Source: Candidatus Woesearchaeota archaeon
Lineage (GTDB): Archaea > Nanobdellota > Nanobdellia > Pacearchaeales > GW2011-AR1
Direction of reading: 5' to 3'
NCBI GenBank assembly: GCA_964601175.1
Contig: CAZRMJ010000004.1
Span: 1 to 63,218, forward strand
Length of the DNA: 63,218 bases
This document shows positions 36,921 through 46,071 of the stretch, one piece after another (the first letter of the stretch is position 1; each line of letters begins with the position of its first letter). The notes beneath the pieces were generated by a model, which worked only from the letters and a program-made list of their open reading frames with translations, had not been told where the DNA came from and searched no databases. The position numbers and the translations under genes were made by a program.

Positions 36921-38693
36921 ATGGTTGAAAGAACTGATCTTATAAAAAAATACATAAAATTTTTTGAATCAAAAAACCACAAAGAAATTCCCAATTCTTC
37001 TTTAATACCAGTTAACGACCCAACAGTTTTATTTACAACTGCTGGAATGCACCCTCTAGTGCCATACCTTACTGGACAGAAACACCCATTAGGAAAAAGA
37101 TTAGTAAATGTTCAAAGATGTATAAGAACTGATGATATAGAAGAAGTTGGAGACAATACCCACCATACTTTTTTTGAGATGCTTGGAAATTGGTCGCTAG
37201 GAGACTACTTCAAAAAAGAAGCAATAGAATTCTCTTTTGAATTTCTAACAAAAATTCTAAAAATTCCATTAGACAAATTAGCAGTAACTTGTTTTGCTGG
37301 AGACAAAGATTCTGAAAAAGATCAAGAATCTTACAAAATGTGGGTTTCATTAGGAATTCCAGAAGAAAGAATAGCTTTCCTACCTAAGAAAAACAATTGG
37401 TGGGGGCCAGCAGGGCAAGTAGGCCCATGTGGTCCAGATACTGAAATGTTCTACTGGTCAAAAAATTCAAAAGTCCCTAAAAAATTTGACCCAGAAGATA
37501 ATAATTGGGTAGAAATTTGGAATGATGTTTTCATGCAATATGAAAAGAATAAAGAAGGAAATTATAACCTCTTAAAACAAAAAAATGTAGATACTGGTAT
37601 GGGCGTTGAAAGAACTGTTGCTGCACTAAACAATCTAGATGATAATTATGAGACCACATTATTCAAACCAATAATAGAAGAAATAGAAAAAATATCTCAT
37701 AAAAAATATCAAGAAAATAAAAAGGAAATGAGGATAATTGCAGATCATATAAAAGCTGCAGTATTCATAATCTCAGATGGAATATCCCCAAGTAACACAG
37801 GTCAAGGATATATATTAAGAAGATTAATAAGAAGAGCAATAAGATACGGAAAAATATTGAATATAGAAGTTAATTTTATCACAAAAATATCAGAAAAAAT
37901 ATTCAAAATATACAAAGATTATAGCGATTTGGAAAGCAACAAAAATAACATAATAATCAAGTTAGACGAAGAAGAAAATAAATTTAGAAAGACAGTTGAA
38001 AGAGGAATAAGGCAGTTTGAAAAAATATCTGCAGAACAAAAACATCTGTCTGGAAAAGACGCATTTTTATTATTCCAATCGTATGGTTTTCCAATAGAAA
38101 TGACTGAGGAAATGTGCAATGAAAAAAATATTAAACTAAATAAAAAAGAATTCCAAGAAGAATATGAAAAGCATCAACAATTATCAAGAACTACATCTGC
38201 TGGGATGTTTAAATCTGGATTATCAGATCACTCTGAAAAAACAACAAAGTTGCATACAACAACCCACATATTAAATGAAGCACTTTCAAGAGTACTTGGT
38301 CCAGAAGTTGCTCAAAGAGGATCTAATATTACTCAAGAAAGAACTAGATTTGACTTTGTATTTAGCAGAAAACTTACAGATAAAGAAATAGAAGAAATAG
38401 AAGAAATAGCAAACAAAGTTGTAAAAAAAGGTTTAACAATGAAATCTGAAGAGCTAAGTTACAAAGAAGCAATATCTTCAGGAGCAAAAGGAGAATTCGG
38501 GCACAAATATCCTGAAAAAGTATCCGTTTACACAATTATAGACAAAGATGAAAAAAAAGGATATTTCAGTAGAGAAATTTGCACAGGACCTCATGTAAAA
38601 AACACTAAAGAAATAGGCAAGATAAAAATAATAGAACAATCTTCAGTTTCTGCAGGAATCCGAAGAATAAAGGCTATAGTCGAAGATAATTAA
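36921..38693 (+). CDS. alaS: Alanyl-tRNA synthetase, bacterial-like, short form lacking the C-Ala domain
   Basis: 590 aa; DPTVLFTTAGMHP, QRCIRTDDIEEVGD..HHTFFEMLGNWSLGDYFK, and editing-domain motifs HTTTHILN and CTGPHV. Confidence 0.85.
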   Translation: MVERTDLIKKYIKFFESKNHKEIPNSSLIPVNDPTVLFTTAGMHPLVPYLTGQKHPLGKRLVNVQRCIRTDDIEEVGDNTHHTFFEMLGNWSLGDYFKKEAIEFSFEFLTKILKIPLDKLAVTCFAGDKDSEKDQESYKMWVSLGIPEERIAFLPKKNNWWGPAGQVGPCGPDTEMFYWSKNSKVPKKFDPEDNNWVEIWNDVFMQYEKNKEGNYNLLKQKNVDTGMGVERTVAALNNLDDNYETTLFKPIIEEIEKISHKKYQENKKEMRIIADHIKAAVFIISDGISPSNTGQGYILRRLIRRAIRYGKILNIEVNFITKISEKIFKIYKDYSDLESNKNNIIIKLDEEENKFRKTVERGIRQFEKISAEQKHLSGKDAFLLFQSYGFPIEMTEEMCNEKNIKLNKKEFQEEYEKHQQLSRTTSAGMFKSGLSDHSEKTTKLHTTTHILNEALSRVLGPEVAQRGSNITQERTRFDFVFSRKLTDKEIEEIEEIANKVVKKGLTMKSEELSYKEAISSGAKGEFGHKYPEKVSVYTIIDKDEKKGYFSREICTGPHVKNTKEIGKIKIIEQSSVSAGIRRIKAIVEDN

Positions 38694-39466
38694 ATCAAAG
38701 CGATTAATAAAGTCAATATACAAAGAATAAGAGTGTAAATTCCGAACCAAACAAAATTCTTTCTATTATTAAGTCCCCTTGTAAAAACAAAATGTATTGA
38801 AGCCAATCCTACGGCAAAAGAAACAAGACTGGCAGGTAAAAATTCCAGAGATAAAGAAGAACTCTTAAGGGTAGCAAGACTAGCCCCCAATATAACAGGT
38901 ATAGACATTAAAAAAGAAAATTTCATAGAAGATTTTTCATCAAGGCCAGATAAAATTCCAGAAGAAATTGTAGAACCAGATCTAGAGACTCCTGGAAGAA
39001 TAGAAACTGCTTGAGCGCATCCTATGATTATAGCATTAAAAGGTGAAACCTTAGAGATATCTTTGCCCTTGCATTTATGGACTGAGGAAATAAAAAGCAT
39101 CATGGAAGTAATCCCGAAGCCTACTCCAACAACTACAAGAGTACTTAATACGCTATCAAAATAACTCTCAACTAAAAAACCAACAATTCCTGCAGGAACA
39201 CTAGCAAGCAAGACCAAAAAACCAAGTCTAGAATTAGGGCTCTTCCATTTACCAGATAAAATATCTCTTGCAATATCAATAATATCCTTACTAAAATAAG
39301 CAAAAACTGCCATTAAAGTCCCAAAATGTAAAGTGACCTCAAAAACTAAGCCACCACTATAATCTAGTAAATCTCCAAATAAAACAAGATGCCCAGAACT
39401 AGAGATAGGAAACCACTCTGCTATCCCTTGAATAAAAGCTAGAATTAAAGCAGAAACAAATTCCAT
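38690..39466 (-). CDS. uppP: Undecaprenyl-diphosphatase
   Basis: 258 aa; GIAEWFPISSSGHL and PGVSRSGSTI motifs. Confidence 0.9.
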   Translation of the reverse strand: MEFVSALILAFIQGIAEWFPISSSGHLVLFGDLLDYSGGLVFEVTLHFGTLMAVFAYFSKDIIDIARDILSGKWKSPNSRLGFLVLLASVPAGIVGFLVESYFDSVLSTLVVVGVGFGITSMMLFISSVHKCKGKDISKVSPFNAIIIGCAQAVSILPGVSRSGSTISSGILSGLDEKSSMKFSFLMSIPVILGASLATLKSSSLSLEFLPASLVSFAVGLASIHFVFTRGLNNRKNFVWFGIYTLILCILTLLIALI

Positions 39467-39500
39467 AAAAAGAGAAAAAAAAGGGAGTTAATAAAACTAA

Positions 39501-39659
39501 TTATTCCCTTGTTTCTTCCAAATCAGAGATCCCGTGGATCACATCCAAAACGTTACGCTCTTCCGGCGTTATACCATAAAAAGAGTCCATATTTTTAAGA
39601 CTCTCAACAATAGCCATAACGCGCCTATCGCGCAAACCCTGTTGTTGTACGCCTGACAT
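39501..39659 (-). CDS. Unannotated 52-aa ORF with a strong Shine-Dalgarno
   Basis: Below the track's size cutoff. Manual translation: MSGVQQQGLRDRRVMAIVESLKNMDSFYGITPEERNVLDVIHGISDLEETRE, preceded by GAGGAGGTGATAAA-ATG. It looks G/C-richer than its surroundings by eye. Confidence 0.35.
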   Translation of the reverse strand: MSGVQQQGLRDRRVMAIVESLKNMDSFYGITPEERNVLDVIHGISDLEETRE

Positions 39660-39820
39660 TTTATCACCTCCTCAACGAAAAAGTTCAAGAGATTTATATA
39701 GAAAATAGAACCATTAACATATAAATCAAAATTAGTACTTTAGTTAAATACCAAATAACTTTTTAGTAATAACCAAGCGATTTATAAAGAGTTTCACCAA
39801 AAAAAGACAAATCGGTGTAA

Positions 39821-40336
39821 CTAAGGAATATTTAAGTGAGTTCTGTCATTAAGCACTGATATTCTCCATCTACCAGTACCATCATCTGAGCCCTCAGAGT
39901 ATTGTAAAATAGAAACTCCAGAAGGATATAAAGAAAAATGCCTTGTTTCATTTAAAGGCATTCCAGTGAGAGCACTTATCAAAACTCTATGAATCCCCCC
40001 TCCCATAGTGATTATAACATCTTTTCCAATTTCAGCAATTTCTTTAGCAAATAAATTAATGTGATCTAAGTTATTTTGATCAAAATCATCTAAGTCTCCC
40101 AAAATGACTTTTTTAGTAATCTCTACAAACCTTTCATCGCTGATTATTGGAATCTTTAAGGACTTACTCAAAATATTACCGCTCTGTCTAGAAACATCGT
40201 GACCATTAACATAAATTTTATCGAAACTAAGTTTGTCACTAATCAATTTTCTAGAAAGATTCTTCATTTGAAGAATTCCCTTAGGAGTTAAGTCATTTAA
40301 GTCGCTATCGCCTGGATGAATAAGATAAATTTTCAT
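39821..40336 (-). CDS. Divergent histidine-phosphatase-superfamily protein (SixA/PGM-like)
   Basis: 171 aa; MKIYLIHPGDSD replaces the usual RHGE, and ITMGGGIHRVLISALTG resembles the SHGG.IR.L block. Confidence 0.45.
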   Translation of the reverse strand: MKIYLIHPGDSDLNDLTPKGILQMKNLSRKLISDKLSFDKIYVNGHDVSRQSGNILSKSLKIPIISDERFVEITKKVILGDLDDFDQNNLDHINLFAKEIAEIGKDVIITMGGGIHRVLISALTGMPLNETRHFSLYPSGVSILQYSEGSDDGTGRWRISVLNDRTHLNIP

Positions 40337-40363
40337 TGGAAAAATAAATATATTTAGTTAAAT

Positions 40364-42823
40364 CTACTCTACGTAAATTCCCGGTTTTCCAGGCTTAGCC
40401 TTAGAAGCCTTATTTTCAGGATCATACTTCTTTTTATCATTGACTGCAAAAACACTAACCTCTATTCCGAGTCTTTTACTCAAATCAGAAGAATTTAAAC
40501 TTTTCAGTTCATTAGGAAGAACATACAAATAAGCATGTTCAATATCCTTACCTTTATCTCTGACTATTTTCAAAACATTTTGAACATCTAAAATAGTTTT
40601 CTCAAAACTTTCTTCAGCCCTATCAATATCTTCATTAATTTTTTTAGAATCTGAAACAGGCCAACTAGCAGTAGATATAATGTTTTTTGAATCGATGAAT
40701 TTATTCCAAAGCTCCTCTGAAATGTGCGGCGCAAAAACGCTAAGCAATTTCAAAAAGTTTCCAAAATCATACTTACTAATTTCTTTATCAAAACTATCAA
40801 ACAGAGTACGTAATTTGATGACCGCAATATTGTAATTAATATTTTCAATTTCCTTTGTAATCTCCAGGATAGCTTTATTCACTTTATGTTCGGTCCTACT
40901 ATCAGATTTAGAAAATTTAGCAATATTAGCATAATTCCAAACTCTATTTACAAATCTATTCATAGATTCAAGACCTGTAGAACTCCAAGAATAATCCTTA
41001 TCTGGAGAAGCCATACTAACTAAAAATAAACGTAATGTGTCTGCACCATACTTCTTAGTCATATCTAAAGGATCTATAACGTTACCCCTAGATTTAGACA
41101 TAACAGATCCATCTTCTCCGTGAATCATTCCTTGATTATATAATCTTGAAAATGGTTCATTTATAGTCAAATATCCCAAATCGCGCAATGCCTTTGTAAA
41201 AAATCTAGCATATATAAGATGCATACAAGCATGTTCAGCACCACCTACATAAAAGTCAACAGGCATCCAATAACTAGTATCGTCAACACTCAAAGGTAAT
41301 TTTTTATTTTCTGGATCAGTAAATCTCATATAATACCAACTAGAATCCATAAAAGTATCCATTGTATCTGTTTCACGCCTGCCAACCTTGCCGCAAGAAG
41401 GACATTTAGCTTCCAAAAATTTATCGTTTGTTTCTAGAGGGTTTCCTTTACCAAATATAACTTTTTCAGGTAACAAAACAGGTAGATCTTTCTCCGGAAC
41501 TGGAACAATGCCACACGAATCACAATATATTATTGGAATCGGAGTTCCCCAATATCTCTGCCTAGAAATTAACCAATCACGAAGTTTATAATTTACAACA
41601 GGACCTCCAAGACCTTTTTCTTTCAAAAATATTTGAATATGCTTGATAGCTTCATCGCTAGTCAAACCATTAAAATCTCCTGAATTAATTAAAACCCCAT
41701 AATTGGTGTATGCTTTATTTTTATCTGCATGTTCTCCTTTAACAGGTTTAATGACTGTAATTAGATCAATATCATATTTCTTAGCGAAATCAAAATCTCT
41801 TTGATCATGTGAAGGAACGGCCATTACAATACCAGATCCATAATCTGCAACAACAAAATTTCCGATCCATACCGGAATCTTCTTTCCGGTTAAAGGATGT
41901 ATTGCATAACTTCCTGTAAAAACTCCTTCTTTCTGGAGTTTATCTAAATCTTCTTGCTTGGTACTTTTAATTTTCTTAAGGAAGGCATCGACATGTTTCT
42001 TATTTTCTTTAGTTATAATTTCACTAAGTCTTGAATGTTGAGCGCTTATAACCAAAAAAGTAACTCCGAACAAAGTGTCTACTCTAGTTGTAAAGACAGG
42101 CCATTTTTCTCCATTTATTTCAAACAAAACTTCAGTACCCTCGCCCTTACCTATCCAGTTTCTCTGCATTGCCTTAATTCTTTCAGGCCAATCTAATTTA
42201 TCAACATCTCTAAGAAGCTCATCAGCATATTTAGTTGTTTTAATAAACCACTGTTCTAAATTTTTAATTACAACTTCTGTATCTTTATGCCTCCAACACT
42301 TACCATCATGAACTTGCTCATTAGCAAGAACACTTTCACATTTATTACACCAATTAACTGCAGAAGCTTTCCTATATGCTAAATCATTTTTTAAAAACTG
42401 TAAAAAGAAGTACTGATTCCATTTATAGTACTCCGGATCATGACTTTGAAGTTTCCTTGACCAATCGTAACTTAAGCCCAAAGATTTCTGTTGCAATATA
42501 AATCTCTTTATGGCATTATCAGTATATTTTTTGGGATGAGTCCCCTCCTTTATGGCAGCATTCTCAGCTGGAAGGCCAAAACTATCATAACCCATAGGAT
42601 ACAAGACAGATTTACCCTTCATACGCATAAATCTAGCAAGGACATCCCCTATAGTATAGTTAAAGGCATGCCCCATATGAAGCCCAGATCCAGAAGGATA
42701 AGGATACATCTCAAGAACATAATACTTTTCTTTCTTTGAATCAGCCTTAGCTTCAAAAATACCCAACTTTTCCCACTCTTTTTGCCACTTAGCATCAATA
42801 GAAGAAAAACTCACAGGTTTCAT
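40364..42823 (-). CDS. leuS: Leucyl-tRNA synthetase, bacterial-type architecture
   Basis: 819 aa; MYPYPSGSGLHMGHAFNYTIGD, GYDSFGLPAENAAIK, and VMSKSRGN (KMSKS). Confidence 0.9.
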   Translation of the reverse strand: MKPVSFSSIDAKWQKEWEKLGIFEAKADSKKEKYYVLEMYPYPSGSGLHMGHAFNYTIGDVLARFMRMKGKSVLYPMGYDSFGLPAENAAIKEGTHPKKYTDNAIKRFILQQKSLGLSYDWSRKLQSHDPEYYKWNQYFFLQFLKNDLAYRKASAVNWCNKCESVLANEQVHDGKCWRHKDTEVVIKNLEQWFIKTTKYADELLRDVDKLDWPERIKAMQRNWIGKGEGTEVLFEINGEKWPVFTTRVDTLFGVTFLVISAQHSRLSEIITKENKKHVDAFLKKIKSTKQEDLDKLQKEGVFTGSYAIHPLTGKKIPVWIGNFVVADYGSGIVMAVPSHDQRDFDFAKKYDIDLITVIKPVKGEHADKNKAYTNYGVLINSGDFNGLTSDEAIKHIQIFLKEKGLGGPVVNYKLRDWLISRQRYWGTPIPIIYCDSCGIVPVPEKDLPVLLPEKVIFGKGNPLETNDKFLEAKCPSCGKVGRRETDTMDTFMDSSWYYMRFTDPENKKLPLSVDDTSYWMPVDFYVGGAEHACMHLIYARFFTKALRDLGYLTINEPFSRLYNQGMIHGEDGSVMSKSRGNVIDPLDMTKKYGADTLRLFLVSMASPDKDYSWSSTGLESMNRFVNRVWNYANIAKFSKSDSRTEHKVNKAILEITKEIENINYNIAVIKLRTLFDSFDKEISKYDFGNFLKLLSVFAPHISEELWNKFIDSKNIISTASWPVSDSKKINEDIDRAEESFEKTILDVQNVLKIVRDKGKDIEHAYLYVLPNELKSLNSSDLSKRLGIEVSVFAVNDKKKYDPENKASKAKPGKPGIYVE

Positions 42824-42921
42824 ACAAAAACCTGTAAAAAGGCAGATTTAAAACTTACGCAAGTAAAGTTTTAAGCCTGTTAATGTCAATTAACAACGTT
42901 TAAAACTTACCATGTCCAATA

Positions 42922-43899
42922 ATGCTTGTGGAAAACACTAAAGGTTACATAAATAGAGTAATAAAAATCAAGGTCCCAAAAGTAACCAAAGAAAAAACAG
43001 TATCTCAAGTAATCGAATTTTTAAAAAAAGAAAGTAAATATTTTGAAGCAATAGATTATATTTATGTAATAGAAAAAAGTAATCAACTTATAGGCGTATT
43101 TTCTGTAAAAGATTTATTCAAATTTTCAAAAGAAACAAAAGTAGAGAGTTTTATGAAAAAGGAGATAATTTCAATATCTCCATCAGCAGATCACAAATTG
43201 ATTTCCAGATTAATTTTGAGACACGGAATAAAATCTTTACCAGTTGTAAATAAAAATAAATTAATTGGAGTGATCCCCCCAAAAGAAATAACCCAAATAT
43301 TGAACAGATCTCTAAAAGAAGATATATTGCATTTAGCAGGAATCCATAGATCTCATTCACAATATGAGAATACATTAGAAATCCCTATAAGAAAAAGTCT
43401 TCTACATAGAGCCCCATGGTTAATAGTAGGATTAGTAGGAATAATTCTAACTGCAGCGTACATAAATATTTTTGAAAAAATATTGGAGAAGTATATAATT
43501 CTTGCATTTTTCATACCTGCAATAGTTTACATAAGCGACGCCCTTGGAACTCAAATACAAACTTTGTTCATCAGAGATTTAGCAGTAATGGGCAAGGAAT
43601 TGAAACTTCACAAGTATATAGTAAAACAAGGATTCATCAGCCTTTCAATATCTCTAATTATGAGCATATTAATGTTCTTAGGGATAATATCTTTCTGGGG
43701 GCAATCTTACACTGCTATTGTAATAAGCATAGCAGCATTTTCATCTCTTATGGTAACTAGCTTTACAGCATTTCTCATAACTTTAATAATAGAAAGATCT
43801 GGAGGGGATCCAGCTTTAGGAGGAGGACCATTAGCAACAGTAATATCTGACGCAACATCAATAATAATTTACTTCTTAATAGCTACTATAATGCTTTAG
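42922..43899 (+). CDS. mgtE: MgtE-type magnesium transporter (CBS pair plus TM domain, no N-domain)
   Basis: 325 aa; CBS-like segments (IYVIEKSNQLIGVFSVKDL, LPVVNKNKLIGVI), a 5-TM domain, and GGDPALGGGPLATVISD. Confidence 0.8.
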   Translation: MLVENTKGYINRVIKIKVPKVTKEKTVSQVIEFLKKESKYFEAIDYIYVIEKSNQLIGVFSVKDLFKFSKETKVESFMKKEIISISPSADHKLISRLILRHGIKSLPVVNKNKLIGVIPPKEITQILNRSLKEDILHLAGIHRSHSQYENTLEIPIRKSLLHRAPWLIVGLVGIILTAAYINIFEKILEKYIILAFFIPAIVYISDALGTQIQTLFIRDLAVMGKELKLHKYIVKQGFISLSISLIMSILMFLGIISFWGQSYTAIVISIAAFSSLMVTSFTAFLITLIIERSGGDPALGGGPLATVISDATSIIIYFLIATIML

Positions 43900-43936
43900 A
43901 CAAATACCTTAAATATTAACATTCCCAATCAAATGA

Positions 43937-44449
43937 ATGATAACTGCACATATAACTTCCGAGAAAATACACTCCACTTCTAGTGAAGCATTTAGTTTAT
44001 ATGAGAAATCAAGATTCGGAGAAAAAGTAAGAGACAGAATAGAATATTCATGGATTGAAGCCCTATTTCTAAAAAGTAAATTCAAAATATCTTTACAAAG
44101 AAACAATAAAGAGCTTCAGTTAGAAAATGCAATAAATCTTGCAAAAAAACACGATAAAAGAATAGAAACAAAATTAGCAGTATTTGAAAGTTTAAGAAAC
44201 AAAGGATATGTTGTAAAAACAGCCTTAAAATTTGGTGCAGATTTTAGAATCTATAAAAAAGGATCAAAGCCAGGAGAAGATCACGCCCTATGGTTAGCAT
44301 ATGCTGTAAGGGAATCTGAGCCCCATACATGGCACGATTTTGCAGCAAAAAACAGAGTAGCACATTCCACAAAGAAGAAATTACTAATATGCATAGTAGA
44401 CGACGAAAATGATGTCTTATATTACGAAGTATCTTGGTTGAAGCCTTGA
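43937..44449 (+). CDS. endA: tRNA-splicing endonuclease (short, homotetramer-size subunit)
   Basis: 170 aa; YVVKTALKFGADFRIYKKGSKPGEDHALWLAYAV matches the EndA catalytic-domain pattern (Y..H..K triad context). Confidence 0.8.
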   Translation: MITAHITSEKIHSTSSEAFSLYEKSRFGEKVRDRIEYSWIEALFLKSKFKISLQRNNKELQLENAINLAKKHDKRIETKLAVFESLRNKGYVVKTALKFGADFRIYKKGSKPGEDHALWLAYAVRESEPHTWHDFAAKNRVAHSTKKKLLICIVDDENDVLYYEVSWLKP

Positions 44450-44532
44450 TTTGAACATATCTCGATCCAATTATTAGCTTAAAAATCACGGGGAATAACA
44501 ATCTTTATAACAAACATATCTATCAAATTAGA

Positions 44533-45483
44533 ATGCCTGATATGCAAAAGTTGATGCAAATTAAGGACAAAATCCTTGAGATCATAAAACAAAGAGGTCC
44601 TGAACTCCCTGTAAAAGTTGCAAGTACTATAGGTCAAAACAATATATTTACTGCAGCTTTTATGTCTGAATTAGTCGGAGAACAAAAACTAAAGATCAGC
44701 AATATGAAAGTTGGAGGATCTCCATTATATTATATTCCTGGACAAGAAGAGCAATTACAAAAATTTACAGAATACTTAAACCACAAAGAAAGAGAAGCAT
44801 TCAAGATATTAAAAGAAAAAGAAATTTTAGAGGATGATGAACAAGAACCAGCAATAAGAGTGGCATTAAGAAGCATAAAAGACTTTGCATTCCCTATAAA
44901 AATAATAGACAAAGGAATAGAGAAAACATTCTGGAAAATACACACTATTAGCAACGATAAAGCTAAAGAATCCATAGAACAAAAGATAAATCCTAAGCCA
45001 GAAATCAAAGAAAAAATAGAGGAAGCAAAAGAAGTTCCACAGATTAAAGAAACAATAGAAACAAAAATACCGGAAACAGAAGGCAAGCAAGAAATTGAAC
45101 TAAAAAAAGAAGAAAATCTTAACATCTTCGACAAACCGGTTCAAAAAAAACAAAAAGTTAAGGAAGTGTTTTCAAACTTCTTAGATAATTTAAAGACCCA
45201 AATCAAAGAAAAGGACTATGAAATCCTTAAGGAAATTTTAGTAAAAAAGAAAGAATTTGTAGCAAAGATAAGAATGGATACAAATCTTGGAAAACAAGAA
45301 ATTTACCTTGTTGCAAAAGACAAAAAGAAAATAACCTTAGATGATATTGTAAACACTTTACAAAAAGCACAAGCAGAAAAAATGCCTGCCCTTATAATCT
45401 CAAATGGAGACATAGACAAAAAGGCATTAGAGTACTATAAAGAATGGTCTAATCTAGTAAAACATCAGAAACTCAAGCTTTAA
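44533..45483 (+). CDS. Hypothetical protein: N-terminal winged-helix-like, K/E-rich linker, C-terminal globular domain
   Basis: 316-aa ORF directly after endA; no family recognised. Confidence 0.4.
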   Translation: MPDMQKLMQIKDKILEIIKQRGPELPVKVASTIGQNNIFTAAFMSELVGEQKLKISNMKVGGSPLYYIPGQEEQLQKFTEYLNHKEREAFKILKEKEILEDDEQEPAIRVALRSIKDFAFPIKIIDKGIEKTFWKIHTISNDKAKESIEQKINPKPEIKEKIEEAKEVPQIKETIETKIPETEGKQEIELKKEENLNIFDKPVQKKQKVKEVFSNFLDNLKTQIKEKDYEILKEILVKKKEFVAKIRMDTNLGKQEIYLVAKDKKKITLDDIVNTLQKAQAEKMPALIISNGDIDKKALEYYKEWSNLVKHQKLKL

Positions 45484-45488
45484 AAATC

Positions 45489-45548
45489 TTCAACTTTAAG
45501 GTATTTTAAGTTGAATGGGTTAAAAAACTACAATGGTTAGTTTTTTAA
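45489..45548 (+). terminator. Twin hairpin after the 316-aa gene (H1-like hairpin plus an 11-bp A/T hairpin)
   Basis: TTCAACTT (45489-45496)/AAGTTGAA (45508-45515), then TGGG, then TTAAAAAACTA (45520-45530)/TAGTTTTTTAA (45538-45548). The H1 stem and the following TGGG match the tRNA-Arg(TCT) cassette. Confidence 0.3.
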
Positions 45549-45571
45549 AGCCATAATAACAAAAAACAATA

Positions 45572-45820
45572 ATGGGTAGAATAAAACAATTAATGGTAAA
45601 GAGAGCTAGTAAGGAGCTTGTCTTAAAGGAATCTTCATTTAACGAAGCTTTCGATGATAACAAAAAAATACTTGGAAGCACAATGCCTAGTAAAAAGGTA
45701 AGAAACAAGATAGCAGGGTATATTGCTAGGTTAAAGAAAGCAGAAAGAATTGCAAAAGAAAATCCCCAATCTAGAATAAGAAAAACAGAAGACGTCGAAA
45801 AAGAAACATCTTATTCTTAA
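45572..45820 (+). CDS. rps17e: 30S ribosomal protein S17e (eS17)
   Basis: 82 aa; MGRIKQLMVKRASKEL..SKKVRNKIAGYIARL. Confidence 0.8.
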   Translation: MGRIKQLMVKRASKELVLKESSFNEAFDDNKKILGSTMPSKKVRNKIAGYIARLKKAERIAKENPQSRIRKTEDVEKETSYS

Positions 45821-46020
45821 GATTTTTTAACAATATTATTTATTCTACTTTCAATACGTTTAAGCCTTTCATCTATATCGTGAAGTAACATTCTTCTTTT
45901 TCTATTAAAATAAAGAGTAATAGCTTGTATTATTATCCAAATAACTACTACAAGACCAACGGCCTGTATCCATAATCCAATTTTTCCAAGCTGAATAGCC
46001 ACATCTTCAATAACAGCCAT
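45817..46020 (-). CDS. Small single-pass membrane protein
   Basis: 67 aa with one TM helix and a basic coiled C-terminus. Confidence 0.35.
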   Translation of the reverse strand: MAVIEDVAIQLGKIGLWIQAVGLVVVIWIIIQAITLYFNRKRRMLLHDIDERLKRIESRINNIVKKS

Positions 46021-46042
46021 AGAATATCATAGCACAATATCT

Positions 46043-46050
46043 TTAAAAAA
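46043..46050 (+). promoter_or_regulatory. TATA box for tRNA-Met
   Basis: TTTAAAAA starting 29 nt upstream of tRNA +1 (46072). Confidence 0.5.
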
Positions 46051-46071
46051 GCTGGCCAGCATATCAATTTT

